Shown in pieces: positions 18,051-27,736 of a DNA stretch of 64,000 nucleotides. Origin of the DNA: Chloroflexota bacterium (GTDB lineage Bacteria > Chloroflexota > Anaerolineae > B4-G1 > SLSP01). Position numbers and translations under genes: made by a program. A model generated the notes under the pieces. That model worked only from the letters and a program-made list of their open reading frames with translations, was not told the DNA's origin and did not search any database. Positions within the stretch are counted from its first letter, which is position 1; each line of letters opens with the position of its first letter. The stretch lies in contig DAIUDK010000004.1 in NCBI GenBank assembly GCA_036845725.1, positions 519 through 64,518 on the forward strand, in the 5' to 3' direction.

Positions 18051-19589
18051 TTACGCTTCAGAGAGTATACCACGGACTTCGTAAATTGGTTCGGGGTGTT
18101 GTTGTCCTTTGATGTGGACCGGTGGCAGTTCTTGTGCTTCGAAGTGCTCTTTCACCAGTTGATAGGTGCGATGGCAGATCAGGATTTTGCTGGCGGGCGC
18201 GAGTTCCTGCAGCATGTGCGCTTTGTTGGTGGTTTGACCGACGACGGTGAAATTGACCAGATCGGGTGTGCCGACGTTGCCGACAACGGCCTCGCCGGTC
18301 GCAATGCCGATGCCAAAGCGCAGCCGTTGGTGGAGCGGGATCAGCTCGTGGGTTTGGCGCATGCCCTGCTGGATGCGCCAGGCCGCGCGTACGGCTCGCA
18401 GCGCGTAATCCTCTTGGGGCAACGGTGCATTGAAGAAGGCCATGACTTCATCGCCTAAGAACTTGTCCAGCGTCCCCTCCTCGGAAAGGATGACGCCTGC
18501 CGCCTGTGTGAGGTGCCTGTTCAGGATGGTGATGAGCGCCTCTGGCGAGGCATCGGCGCTGAAGGCCGTAAACTCCCGCAGGTCTGCAAAAAGTACGGAG
18601 ACGGTCTGCCACTGACCACCGGGTTGAACGTTGTGCGGATTCTGGAGAAGACGCTCTACGACAGCAGGTGAGACGTAGTGCTTGAAAAGCACCTGCAGTT
18701 CGCGGTTCTCACGCTCGAGCCGCGTTTCACTTTCCGCTAAAAGGCGGAAGTTTTCGATGGAGATGGCGGCATAGTCGGCCAACATCCGCAGCAGCCGGCG
18801 GTCTTCCTGGTTCAGCAACTCGCGGTTGCGTTTGTTGCTCACAGTCAGAGATCCCACCGTTTTGCCGCCGAACTGTAACGGTACATTCATCATCATGCCG
18901 GTGGAGTGCGTTTCGATGTCTAGCGGCTCTATGGGGGTATTGAACTGCCGTTCCCAGTGTTCGCGCAGGACCTGGGTGGTTGGGACGCCGGTACGTGGGT
19001 CCAGCAGGATTAACAGGCCGTCCCGCGCACCGGTGAGGTAGAGCGCGGCGTCGATGATGCGTTCCAGTAGTTGATCGCGCTCCTGCAGTGTCGTCACCGA
19101 TTTGCTGACGCGGTAGAGCGTGTCGAGTTGTTGCAGGCGATGGGTCAACTGCGCATTGGTGCGCTCCAGTTCGACGAACAGGGCATCGCGTTCCTGCTGT
19201 AACCGGGTCAATGTCAGCACGCGTTCGACGGCGGTGAGGATTTCTTGCACGGCGAAGGGTTTGGTAACGTAATCCCGCACGCCCAGCCGGAAGACATCCA
19301 CCGCCACCGATTCGGACCCGTGCGAGGTGATCAAAATCGCTGGGATGCTGGATGCTTGCTGTTGAAGTGCCTGCAGGACCTCGATACCGTTCATCCTTGG
19401 CATCTCATAATCCAACAGGATAAGGTCTGGATGGATCTCCAGGGCGAGGGCCAGCCCTTCCTCGCCATCCATGGCCACCGTCACGCGGAAACCGGCCGGC
19501 TCTAAAATGGCCTCTTTAAGGAACCCCAAAATCTCTACGTTGTCGTCAATGACCAGGATATGTGCATGATCAGTATGTATTTTGTCCAT
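18051..19589 (-). CDS. Class III adenylate/guanylate cyclase with N-terminal receiver and GAF domains
   Basis: ILVIDD...ILLDYEMP...KP receiver; VPLQFGGKTVGSL GAF; VLFADLREFT, DKFLGDEVMAFF, GIGIATGEAVVGNVG cyclase motifs. Confidence 0.88.
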   Translation of the reverse strand: MDKIHTDHAHILVIDDNVEILGFLKEAILEPAGFRVTVAMDGEEGLALALEIHPDLILLDYEMPRMNGIEVLQALQQQASSIPAILITSHGSESVAVDVFRLGVRDYVTKPFAVQEILTAVERVLTLTRLQQERDALFVELERTNAQLTHRLQQLDTLYRVSKSVTTLQERDQLLERIIDAALYLTGARDGLLILLDPRTGVPTTQVLREHWERQFNTPIEPLDIETHSTGMMMNVPLQFGGKTVGSLTVSNKRNRELLNQEDRRLLRMLADYAAISIENFRLLAESETRLERENRELQVLFKHYVSPAVVERLLQNPHNVQPGGQWQTVSVLFADLREFTAFSADASPEALITILNRHLTQAAGVILSEEGTLDKFLGDEVMAFFNAPLPQEDYALRAVRAAWRIQQGMRQTHELIPLHQRLRFGIGIATGEAVVGNVGTPDLVNFTVVGQTTNKAHMLQELAPASKILICHRTYQLVKEHFEAQELPPVHIKGQQHPEPIYEVRGILSEA

Positions 19590-19636
19590 GGCTTGACCTC
19601 TTTTGCAAAAACTATTAGTAACAATAATATGTACTT

Positions 19637-19664
19637 ATTATAACATTTTTATTGTAAAAATCAA
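19637..19664 (-). promoter_or_regulatory. Sigma70-type promoter for the cyclase-exonuclease-plsY unit
   Basis: TTGATT-16 bp-TATAAT with extended TG, in an AT-rich divergent intergenic region. Confidence 0.55.
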
Positions 19665-19709
19665 GTTAGAGAAGACGCTGAATGTGCGAAAATTACTGTA
19701 AGACCTGCC

Positions 19710-19738
19710 TTGACTTTTTTTTCGATTCACTCTACAAT
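19710..19738 (+). promoter_or_regulatory. Sigma70-type promoter
   Basis: TTGACT-17 bp-TACAAT. Confidence 0.6.
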
Positions 19739-19796
19739 GATATACGAAGTCTGATGAATGGCTGTATCATAAATCTAACAAAAAAGGAGTCGTATT

Positions 19797-20138
19797 ATGG
19801 TTCAGATGGATCCGCAAGTCCCAATGGATGTAACAGATGATGATAAGCTATGGTCTTTGTTAAGCTGGATTCTGGCGCCGATTGTGCCGATTATCGTGCT
19901 CTTGCTCGAGGACAAGAAGGTTCGTCCCTTCATCAAGTACAACGCAATCCAGGCGTTGGTGGTGAGTGTGGTTGGCTATGTAATCTCCTCGCTTTTGTCC
20001 TTCGTCGTTATTGGGTGCTTTGTCGGTGTCGCAGTTTTGATCTACATTATCTACCTGGCGATTCAGGCTTACCAGGGCAAGTGGGTAACAATCCCTGTTG
20101 TCACCGACTTCTGCAAGGGCCAGGGCTGGATCAGCTAA
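19797..20138 (+). CDS. Small membrane protein, DUF4870-like
   Basis: DDKLWSLLSWIL...FIKYNAIQAL...AIQAYQGKWVTIPV, three hydrophobic segments; RBS AAGGAG. Confidence 0.75.
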   Translation: MVQMDPQVPMDVTDDDKLWSLLSWILAPIVPIIVLLLEDKKVRPFIKYNAIQALVVSVVGYVISSLLSFVVIGCFVGVAVLIYIIYLAIQAYQGKWVTIPVVTDFCKGQGWIS

Positions 20139-20157
20139 ATTCCCACATATTTATCAG

Positions 20158-20192
20158 AAAAACGGCTTCCTCACGCGAGGAAGCCGTTTTTT
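20158..20192 (+). terminator. Intrinsic terminator
   Basis: aaaaacggcttcctc-acgc-gaggaagccgttttt perfect stem. Confidence 0.8.
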
Positions 20193-20218
20193 GACGTGTT
20201 TTTGCGCTATGGTATACT
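20191..20218 (+). promoter_or_regulatory. Sigma70-type promoter for the recJ operon
   Basis: TTGACG-16 bp-TATACT with extended TG. Confidence 0.5.
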
Positions 20219-20242
20219 ATCGTAATTCTTATTATGGAATGG

Positions 20243-20311
20243 CCGGGATTGGTGACTAGGGATTGGGGATTAGGTCTTCTAATCCCCAATCCTCAATCCC
20301 TAATCCCTGAT
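20243..20311. repeat. Inverted heptamer short tandem repeats (GGGATT(G/A)/(T/C)AATCCC) in the recJ leader
   Basis: gggattggtgactagggattggggattagg ... ctaatccccaatcctcaatccctaatccctga. Confidence 0.7.
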
Positions 20312-20332
20312 TACCGTTTTCAAGGAGAGTGT

Positions 20333-22054
20333 ATGGGGATTGGAACTCGCAAGCACTGGCGCATCGCACCACCGGCGCCGCCGACATTTTTCGCACAAAC
20401 GCCAGCGATTCCTCCCCTGGTGGCGCAAATTCTCTATAATCGCGGCATCGCTGTGCCGGATGACATCGACGCTTTTCTCCAGGGCGCGTTCCAGCCTGAC
20501 AATCCCTTCATGATGAAGGACATCTCTGTGGCCGTGAGTCTGCTGCGTCAGGCCATCGCGCGGCATGACCCCATCGTCATCTACGGCGATTATGACGTAG
20601 ATGGGGTGACGTCGGCGGCAATTTTGATCCAGACATTGCAATCGTTGGGCGCGCAAGTGAAGGGCTACATCCCCAAACGCCTCGATGAAGGGTATGGGCT
20701 GAACATCGACGCCATCACCGAGCTGGCGCAGGGCGGGGCGCGCGTCCTTATCACCGTGGACTGTGGCATTCGCTCGCTCGACGAAATCGCCGCTGCACGC
20801 CGTCTGGGCATGACGACGATTGTGACGGATCACCATCACGTGGGCGCAGCGTTGCCGCAGGCCGATGCCGTCATCAATCCACGCCGCACCGATTGCACCT
20901 ATCCCTTCAAAGACCTGGCCGGGGTGGGAGTGGCGTACAAGCTGGCTCAGGCGTTGCTGCGCGCGAACAGACAGGTGCCTTTGTCCACGACGCAATTTGT
21001 GCTGGATGAAGCGGATTTGCTCGACCTGGTTGCTCTGGGGACGATCGCGGATATGGCTCCGCTGTTGGGCGAGAATCACATGCTCGTCATCAAGGGGCTG
21101 GCCGCACTCAACGAGGCGCGCCGCCCGGGATTGAGCGCGTTGTTGGAACTGTCGGACGTTGCGCCGGGGAACGTGACCGCCAAATCCGTCGGGTTTGTGC
21201 TCGCGCCGCGTCTCAACGCCGCCGGGCGCATCCGTGAGGCGATGACGTCCCTGGACTTGCTGTTGGCCGCGGATATGCAGGCTGCGCTTCCGCTGGCGCA
21301 AGAGTTGAACAGCTTGAATGACGAACGCCGCAATCTCACAACCGAAGTGCAAGACCGCGCGCGAGAGATGGTGATGGCGCGCGGCGAAGCGCCGCCATTG
21401 CTGTTCGCCGCGTCGCCCGATTTCCCGCACGGGGTGGTGGGCCTGGCGGCCAGCCGGCTGCTGGACGAGTTCTACCGGCCCGCCGTCGTCGTCTCAATTG
21501 AGGACGACTGGAGCAAGGGGTCAGCGCGTTCGATCCCGGAATTTCACATCACCGAGGCGTTGGACACGATGAGCGATGTCCTGGCGCGCTATGGCGGGCA
21601 CTCGGCGGCGGCTGGGTTCACTGTGCCCACGGATCGCTTGCCTGAGGTGGAAGCCCGTCTGCTAGCACTGGCCCGCGAGCAGTTGGCCGGGATGTCTCTT
21701 GCGCCCACGCTCCAGGTCGATGCGGAGACGCCGTTGGAGGCGCTCTCGTGGGATCTCTACCACGCCATGGAACGCCTGGAGCCTTTTGGCTACGGCAATG
21801 CCACCCCGGTTCTCGTCAGTCGCAGCGCGCGGGTGGTCGAGGGGCGCGCGGTGGGCGCGGATGGCCGCCATCTCAAACTACGTCTGGCCGACGACCACGG
21901 CGTGGTCTGGGATGCCATCGCGTTCCGCCAGGGCGACTGGATTTGTCGCCTGCCACAGCGGATCGACCTCGCCTACATGTTGGAAGCCAACGTCTGGAAT
22001 GAGCGCGTCAACTTGCAGCTCAACGTGCAGGACATTCATTTTCCGGGGGAATAG
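20333..22054 (+). CDS. recJ: Single-stranded-DNA-specific exonuclease RecJ
   Basis: YGDYDVDG, LITVDCG, IVTDHH, DLVALGTIAD, PRLNAAGR, KGSARS, GGHSAAAG, LEPFGYGN; RBS AAGGAG before ATG 20333. Confidence 0.95.
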   Translation: MGIGTRKHWRIAPPAPPTFFAQTPAIPPLVAQILYNRGIAVPDDIDAFLQGAFQPDNPFMMKDISVAVSLLRQAIARHDPIVIYGDYDVDGVTSAAILIQTLQSLGAQVKGYIPKRLDEGYGLNIDAITELAQGGARVLITVDCGIRSLDEIAAARRLGMTTIVTDHHHVGAALPQADAVINPRRTDCTYPFKDLAGVGVAYKLAQALLRANRQVPLSTTQFVLDEADLLDLVALGTIADMAPLLGENHMLVIKGLAALNEARRPGLSALLELSDVAPGNVTAKSVGFVLAPRLNAAGRIREAMTSLDLLLAADMQAALPLAQELNSLNDERRNLTTEVQDRAREMVMARGEAPPLLFAASPDFPHGVVGLAASRLLDEFYRPAVVVSIEDDWSKGSARSIPEFHITEALDTMSDVLARYGGHSAAAGFTVPTDRLPEVEARLLALAREQLAGMSLAPTLQVDAETPLEALSWDLYHAMERLEPFGYGNATPVLVSRSARVVEGRAVGADGRHLKLRLADDHGVVWDAIAFRQGDWICRLPQRIDLAYMLEANVWNERVNLQLNVQDIHFPGE

Positions 22055-22118
22055 CGAGTTGCGAGTGATCTCATTTTTACATCACATTTCTAACTCCTAA
22101 CTCTTAACTCCCCCCCCT
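22052..22118. repeat. Heptamer repeats (GCGAGTT ... TAACTC(C/T)) in the recJ-epimerase spacer
   Basis: tagcgagttgcgagtg ... ctaactcctaactcttaactcc. Confidence 0.6.
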
Positions 22119-22132
22119 CAAAGGAGCACCCT

Positions 22133-23092
22133 ATGCACATTCTCGTGACCGGCGCGGCCGGATTCATCGGCAGCAACCTGGCGGAGGCGCTGCTGCAACG
22201 GGGCGATACCGTCGCCGGGCTGGACAACTTCAACGATTACTACAGCCCGGCGCGGAAGCGGGCCAACGTGGCGGCGCTGGCGGTGTATCCCAACTTCACG
22301 CTGTACGAGGCCGACCTGCGTGACGAAGCCACCGTCAAAGGTATCCTCGCCGGAGGACGCTTCGATGCGGTGGCGCATCTGGGCGCGATGGCGAACGTGC
22401 GCTATTCCATCGAGCGCGCGCCGCTCTACACCGACGTGAATATCCGTGGCACGGTGAACGTGCTCGAAGGCGCGCGCCTGGCAGGGACGCCGCACGTCGT
22501 CTTCGCCTCCACGTCGTCGGTCTACGGCAAGACGGAGCAAATCCCCTTCGTCGAGACCGACCCGCTCGGTCAGCCGCTCGCCCCCTATCCCGCCAGCAAA
22601 ATCGCCGGAGAGCTGATGGGCTACACGTACCACAACCTCTTCGGCCTCTCGTTCACGGCGGTGCGCTTCTTCAGCGTCTACGGCCCGCGCGGGCGTCCCG
22701 ATATGATGCCGTACATGATCACCGACAGCATCGTCCACGACAGGGCCTTCAAGCTGTACGACGCCGGGGAGATGTGGCGCGACTGGACCTACGTGGGCGA
22801 CATTGTGAAAGGCGTGATCGCCGCGCTGGAGACGCCCCTGGGTTACGAGCGCGTGAACCTGGGACGCGGCGAGCCGGTGCGCATGGCCGACTTCGTCGCG
22901 CTCGTTGAGCGCCTCGTGGGCAAACCCGCCCGCATGGACACTCCGCCCGCCCCCGCCAGCGAGCCGCCCATCACCTACGCCGACGTCACCAAAGCGCGAA
23001 CGCTGCTCGGTTACGATCCGCGAATCTCCGTCGAAGAGGGGATGACGCGATTTTGGGAATGGTACAAAAGCAACGTGATGGAGCAAGCATGA
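22133..23092 (+). CDS. NAD-dependent epimerase/dehydratase, UDP-glucuronate 4-epimerase-like
   Basis: GAAGFIG, LDNFNDYY, ASTSSVYG, YPASK (YxxxK), YGPRGRPDM, RDWTYVGD. Confidence 0.9.
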   Translation: MHILVTGAAGFIGSNLAEALLQRGDTVAGLDNFNDYYSPARKRANVAALAVYPNFTLYEADLRDEATVKGILAGGRFDAVAHLGAMANVRYSIERAPLYTDVNIRGTVNVLEGARLAGTPHVVFASTSSVYGKTEQIPFVETDPLGQPLAPYPASKIAGELMGYTYHNLFGLSFTAVRFFSVYGPRGRPDMMPYMITDSIVHDRAFKLYDAGEMWRDWTYVGDIVKGVIAALETPLGYERVNLGRGEPVRMADFVALVERLVGKPARMDTPPAPASEPPITYADVTKARTLLGYDPRISVEEGMTRFWEWYKSNVMEQA

Positions 23093-23514
23093 ACAAGTGC
23101 ATCTTCTGCAAAATCGCGAAAGGGGAGACCAAGTCCTGGAAAGTCTACGAGGATGACAGCGTCTATGCCTTTCTGGACGTCAATCCCGTCAACGAATACC
23201 ATACTTTAGTGATTCCCAAAACCCATTACGAGAACATTTTTGATGTCCCGGAAGACGAACTCTTCAAGGTGATGGCTGTAGTGAGAAAGCTGGCGCGCTT
23301 GTACCGAGACCAGTTGGGGATCAACAACGTTCAAATCACCAATAGCTCCGGCGCAGAAGCGCAACAGGATGTCTTTCATTTTCATTTCCACATCGTGCCC
23401 AGGCACGCGGGAGACGGTCAAGACGTGGTGAGGACGCCACATCCCGAGTGGCGAGAGAAGTTCGGTGCGCTGCTGGAACGGATAACATTGCCTGTCACGG
23501 CTGAGAACGAATAA
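23089..23514 (+). CDS. HIT family hydrolase
   Basis: CIFCKI N-terminus, AFLDVNP, HTLVIPKTH, HFHFHIV triad; ATGA overlap with the upstream stop. Confidence 0.92.
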   Translation: MNKCIFCKIAKGETKSWKVYEDDSVYAFLDVNPVNEYHTLVIPKTHYENIFDVPEDELFKVMAVVRKLARLYRDQLGINNVQITNSSGAEAQQDVFHFHFHIVPRHAGDGQDVVRTPHPEWREKFGALLERITLPVTAENE

Positions 23515-23526
23515 GTGAATGGGATA

Positions 23527-25068
23527 ATGGACAACACAGTCATCATCACTGGCGAACATCTGACGATGGAAGACGTCGCCGCCGTTGCGGCGGGGGCGCG
23601 GGCGACGCTCGCTCCTTACGCGGCGGAGGCGATGGCGCGGTCGTGGGAGGGCGTGCAGACGCTCCTGGCGAACGGCGAGATTGCCTATGGCATCACGACG
23701 GGCTTTGGGGCGTTCAAGGGGCGCATCATCCCGCCGCACGAGGTGGCGTCGTTGCAGCGCAATCTGGTGTTGAGTCACGCGGCGGGCGTCGGTCCGGCGT
23801 TGGATGCGGAGACGGTGCGCGCGGTGATCGCGGTGCGCGTCAACACGTTGGCGATGGGATACTCCGGCATTCGCCCGCAGGTGGCGGAGGCGCTGCTGGC
23901 GCTGTTGAACGCCGGCATCGTGCCGGTGATTCCCGCCTACGGCTCGCTCGGCGCGAGCGGCGATCTGGCCCCGCTGGCGCATCTGGCGTGCGTCCTCATC
24001 GGCGAGGGTGAGGCGTTCTACGACGGCGAACGGCTGCCCGGCGCGGAGGCGCTGCGGCGCGCCGGTCTCACGCCGGTCGCGCTCGGCGCGAAGGAGGGGC
24101 TGGCGCTCCTCAACGGCACGGCGGTCACGACGACGATTGGCACGTTGGTCACACTGCGCGCGGAGAACCTCGTCCGCGCCGCTGACATCGCGGGCGCGCT
24201 CTCGTTGGAGGCACTGCGCGGCACGGCAACGGCCTTCGATCCGCGCATCCACCTTGTCCGCCCGCACCCGCGCCAGGTGGACGCCGCCGCTTACGTCCGT
24301 CGCTTGTTGGAAGGCAGCACGTTCGTCCGCCCGCACGATCCCCGCGATATTCAAGATGCCTACAGCCTACGCTGCATCCCGCAAGTCCACGGGGCGGTGC
24401 GCGACACGGTCGCCTACGCGCGCTGGGCGCTGGAAATCGAATTGAACGCCGTCACCGATAACCCGCTCATCTTCTTCGAGCCGGACGGGCATCCGGTAGT
24501 GCTCTCCGGCGGAAATTTCCACGCGGAGCCGGTGGGGCTGGCGCTGGATTACCTCAAGCTGGGGCTGGTGGATTTGGGCAACATCAGCGAGCGGCGCACG
24601 GCGCGGCTGGTGGACGAGGCGTTGAGTAATGGCTTGCCGCCGTTCCTCACGCGCCACGGCGGGCTGGAGAGCGGCTTTATGATTGCGCAGTATACAGCGG
24701 CGGCGCTGGCCTCGGAGAACAAGGTGCTGGCGCATCCTTCGACTGCGGATACAATTCCTACATCGGCCAACACCGAGGATCACGTGAGCATGGCGACGAA
24801 CGCGGCGCACCACGCCCGCCAGGTGGTGGAGAACGTCGAGCGCATCATCGCTATCGAGCTGCTGGCGGCAGCGCAAGGCCTCGATTTCCGGCGCGCGCAA
24901 TTGGGCGCGTCTGCCCGTCTGGGGCAGGGCACGGCTGCGGCCTACGCGTCGATCCGTGAGCGCGTGCCCTTCCTGGAACATGACGCGCCGCTTTCCTCGC
25001 TCATCGAGGCGGTTCACGATCTGGTGGCAAGCGGGGCATTGGTGGCAGCGGTGGATTCTGGATTTTAG
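23527..25068 (+). CDS. hutH: Histidine ammonia-lyase
   Basis: YGITTGFG, LVLSHAAG (SH specificity pair of HAL), GASGD (MIO-forming ASG), KEGLALLNG, QDAYSLRC, GGNFH, EDHVSM. ORF is open from GTG 23515. Confidence 0.92.
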   Translation: MDNTVIITGEHLTMEDVAAVAAGARATLAPYAAEAMARSWEGVQTLLANGEIAYGITTGFGAFKGRIIPPHEVASLQRNLVLSHAAGVGPALDAETVRAVIAVRVNTLAMGYSGIRPQVAEALLALLNAGIVPVIPAYGSLGASGDLAPLAHLACVLIGEGEAFYDGERLPGAEALRRAGLTPVALGAKEGLALLNGTAVTTTIGTLVTLRAENLVRAADIAGALSLEALRGTATAFDPRIHLVRPHPRQVDAAAYVRRLLEGSTFVRPHDPRDIQDAYSLRCIPQVHGAVRDTVAYARWALEIELNAVTDNPLIFFEPDGHPVVLSGGNFHAEPVGLALDYLKLGLVDLGNISERRTARLVDEALSNGLPPFLTRHGGLESGFMIAQYTAAALASENKVLAHPSTADTIPTSANTEDHVSMATNAAHHARQVVENVERIIAIELLAAAQGLDFRRAQLGASARLGQGTAAAYASIRERVPFLEHDAPLSSLIEAVHDLVASGALVAAVDSGF

Positions 25069-25140
25069 ATTTTGGATTTTAGATGATCCGTTGGTGTATG
25101 TTGATTCGCTTATTCGCTCATTCGCTGATTCTTGATTCAT
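25053..25140. repeat. Heptamer repeats GATTTT(A/G) and ATTCGCT at the hutH end and spacer
   Basis: ggattctggattttagattttggattttagat ... gattcgcttattcgctcattcgctgattc. Confidence 0.6.
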
Positions 25141-25141
25141 T

Positions 25142-26125
25142 ATGCGTGCATTAGTCACTGGCGCTACCGGCTGCGTCGGCGCGAACATCGTCGAGGCGCT
25201 ACTGGCGCGTGGGTATGCTGTGCGGGCGCTGCGCCGGACTACCTCGGAGCTGGATGCGTTGGCGGGACTGGACCCGGAGTACGCGACTGGCGATGTGCTG
25301 GACGAGGCGTCGCTACGCGCGGCGATGGCGGGCTGCGAACTGGTCTTCCACGCGGCGGCGGTCTCGCAATACTGGCGTAACGGGCCGGAGGCGATCTACG
25401 CGGCGAACGTCGCGGGGACGCGCAACGTGCTGCGGGCGGCGCTGGCGCAGGGCGTGCAGCGCGTCGTCTTCACTAGCTCGGTGGCGGCGCTCGGCGTCCC
25501 TACGCGGCGCGGGCAAGTCTTGGATGAGACCGCCACGTTCAATTTACGCCCGGCGCAGTTCCACTACGGGCACAGCAAGGTGTTGGCCGAAGCGGAGGCG
25601 CAGCGTGCCGTGGCGGAGGGACTGGATGTGGTGATCGTCAACCCGGTGTCGGTGATTGGGCAGCGCGACGTTCACTTTGTGGGCGGCGAAATCCTGTGGA
25701 CGGCAAAGCGCGGGCTGCTCGTTGCCGCGCCGCCGGGCGGGATGGGTATCGTGTCGGCGCAGGCGACCGGCGAGGGGCATGTGTTGGCGGCGGAGCGGGG
25801 GCGCACCGGCGAGCGCTACATCCTCAACGGCGAGAACGTCTCACATCGCACGTTGATGGCGCTGGCGGCGAAGGTCGCGGGCGTGCGCCCGCCGTGTATC
25901 ACCATCCCGCGCGTGTTAATGACGCCGCTGGCCGCGTTGGTGGATGTACTGAACCGCGTCCGCCGTGCAACGCCGCTCGTGGATGGCAGCCAGTTGCACT
26001 TAAGTGCGCGTGACATGTATTTTGATGGCAGCAAAGCCGAACGCGAACTGGGCTTCGTTGGAGGTGCGGCGCAGGCATCGGTGGCAGAGGCCTGGGGGTG
26101 GTATTGTGAGCACGGTCTGCTATAA
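25142..26125 (+). CDS. NAD-dependent epimerase/dehydratase, dihydroflavonol reductase/HpnA-like SDR
   Basis: GATGCVG, VFHAAA, NVAGTRNV, FTSSVAA, YGHSK, GRTGERYIL. Confidence 0.85.
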   Translation: MRALVTGATGCVGANIVEALLARGYAVRALRRTTSELDALAGLDPEYATGDVLDEASLRAAMAGCELVFHAAAVSQYWRNGPEAIYAANVAGTRNVLRAALAQGVQRVVFTSSVAALGVPTRRGQVLDETATFNLRPAQFHYGHSKVLAEAEAQRAVAEGLDVVIVNPVSVIGQRDVHFVGGEILWTAKRGLLVAAPPGGMGIVSAQATGEGHVLAAERGRTGERYILNGENVSHRTLMALAAKVAGVRPPCITIPRVLMTPLAALVDVLNRVRRATPLVDGSQLHLSARDMYFDGSKAERELGFVGGAAQASVAEAWGWYCEHGLL

Positions 26126-26199
26126 GGTGAGTGCGTTGATGTATCTGAAATCTCCTTACCCGTTTGCTGTTTACCGTCTACCGATGAAGGGGTACGGTC

Positions 26200-27723
26200 T
26201 TGCATCTAAAATCCGACCGTGACCTGTACCGCCGCCGCAGACGCATCCCTTGGCTACGCCTGTTGATGCTGCTCGCGTTGATCGGGGCGGGCGTTTACGT
26301 GGTCAACACCATTATGGACGTGATGCAGGAGCGGCCTGGCGGAGGAGTGGCGTATGCGCCAACGCCCATACCCTCACCGACGCCCACACCCTCGCCTGCC
26401 ATTTACGTCGCCAGGGCTGAAGACGCTTACTGGGCCGGCGACGTGGAAACGGCCATCGACGCCTACCAACGCGCGTTGGACATCGAGCCGAACCAATTCG
26501 ACCTGTATGTGGCGTTGTCGCGATTGCTGACGTTTCAAGCGCAGCCAGAGCGCGGCCTGGATATGGCCCGCGAGGCGTTGCGTCGCCAGCCGGAAAGTGC
26601 CCAGGCATGGGCGGTGTTGTGCCTGGCCTACGATTGGATTGGAATGCCAAAGGATGCCGTGTCGGCGTGCGAGAAAGCCATCTCGTTCGATCCCACCCTG
26701 CCGGAGGCCTATGCCTATCTGGCCGAAGCCTATATCGACACCGGGAATTGGTATGCGGCGAATAGCACCATCGCTACGGCGGTGGAACTAGGCGAGAACA
26801 ACATCGATGTGCTGCGCAATCGCGCTTACGTGCTGGAGACGCAGGGAAATTACTACGGCGCGATTGGTGCGTACCGTGAGGCGTTGGAGCTTCACGATAA
26901 GTTGGTTCACCTGCACATGGCGATTGGCCGCAATGCCAACGCGCTTGGCAATTGGACGTTGGCCGTGCAGGCATATACCGATGCTGTGGAGGCCGATCCG
27001 AATCACGTTCCGGCCCTCGCGCGTCTGGGACTACTGCTTTTGCTTACCGGCGACTACAACAAGGCGGAGGCGCATCTCATCAAAGCGATCAAGCTTGATC
27101 CCACGTTTAGCGATGCCTACGCCCATTTGGGAACGCTCTATTTTCAGCAACGCAACTACGAGGACGCCATCGAGAATCTAAAACTCGCCGTTCGTTACGG
27201 CGAAGCGCGTTCTCGCCGGCGGACGGTTTACCTCGTCATCACGATGGAGGATACTAATGCAGTCGGGGCAGAGCCGGATGGAATGGAAGTGGCACGGGCG
27301 GAGTTCGTTCACCCGTTCGATTTCGAAGCACCGCTGCGCGGGATGATTGAGGGCGGTATGGTCGGGACCGACATCGCAGGGCAAATCCGCTTCGATGTGA
27401 TGAGTGGCCGGTATGCGATGGAGATGCAGGGATTGCCGCCAGCGCCTGCCGGAAAAATCTACGTGGGCTGGTTTCTGTCGTTACGCTCGTTGGAACGCCA
27501 ACTCGTGCGCACCGAGGCGCTATTCCCCGCGCCAAATGGGCGGTTGCAAGCCTCTGGGGATATTGGGCGGGTAGGTGGCCTGTCGATTGAGACATATTAC
27601 ACGCTGGCATTGTCCTACTATCTGTTGGATCAATGCAGCGAGGCGATGCCCTATATCGACGCTGCATTGCGCATTGACCCTGGAGATGCAAACGCGCTCC
27701 AGACGCGGCAACTGTGCCAGTAG
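26200..27723 (+). CDS. Membrane-anchored tetratricopeptide repeat protein
   Basis: N-terminal hydrophobic segment, PTP linker, many AxxxYxxALxxDP repeats; TTG start. Confidence 0.8.
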   Translation: MHLKSDRDLYRRRRRIPWLRLLMLLALIGAGVYVVNTIMDVMQERPGGGVAYAPTPIPSPTPTPSPAIYVARAEDAYWAGDVETAIDAYQRALDIEPNQFDLYVALSRLLTFQAQPERGLDMAREALRRQPESAQAWAVLCLAYDWIGMPKDAVSACEKAISFDPTLPEAYAYLAEAYIDTGNWYAANSTIATAVELGENNIDVLRNRAYVLETQGNYYGAIGAYREALELHDKLVHLHMAIGRNANALGNWTLAVQAYTDAVEADPNHVPALARLGLLLLLTGDYNKAEAHLIKAIKLDPTFSDAYAHLGTLYFQQRNYEDAIENLKLAVRYGEARSRRRTVYLVITMEDTNAVGAEPDGMEVARAEFVHPFDFEAPLRGMIEGGMVGTDIAGQIRFDVMSGRYAMEMQGLPPAPAGKIYVGWFLSLRSLERQLVRTEALFPAPNGRLQASGDIGRVGGLSIETYYTLALSYYLLDQCSEAMPYIDAALRIDPGDANALQTRQLCQ

Positions 27724-27736
27724 GGAATGGCGATTG

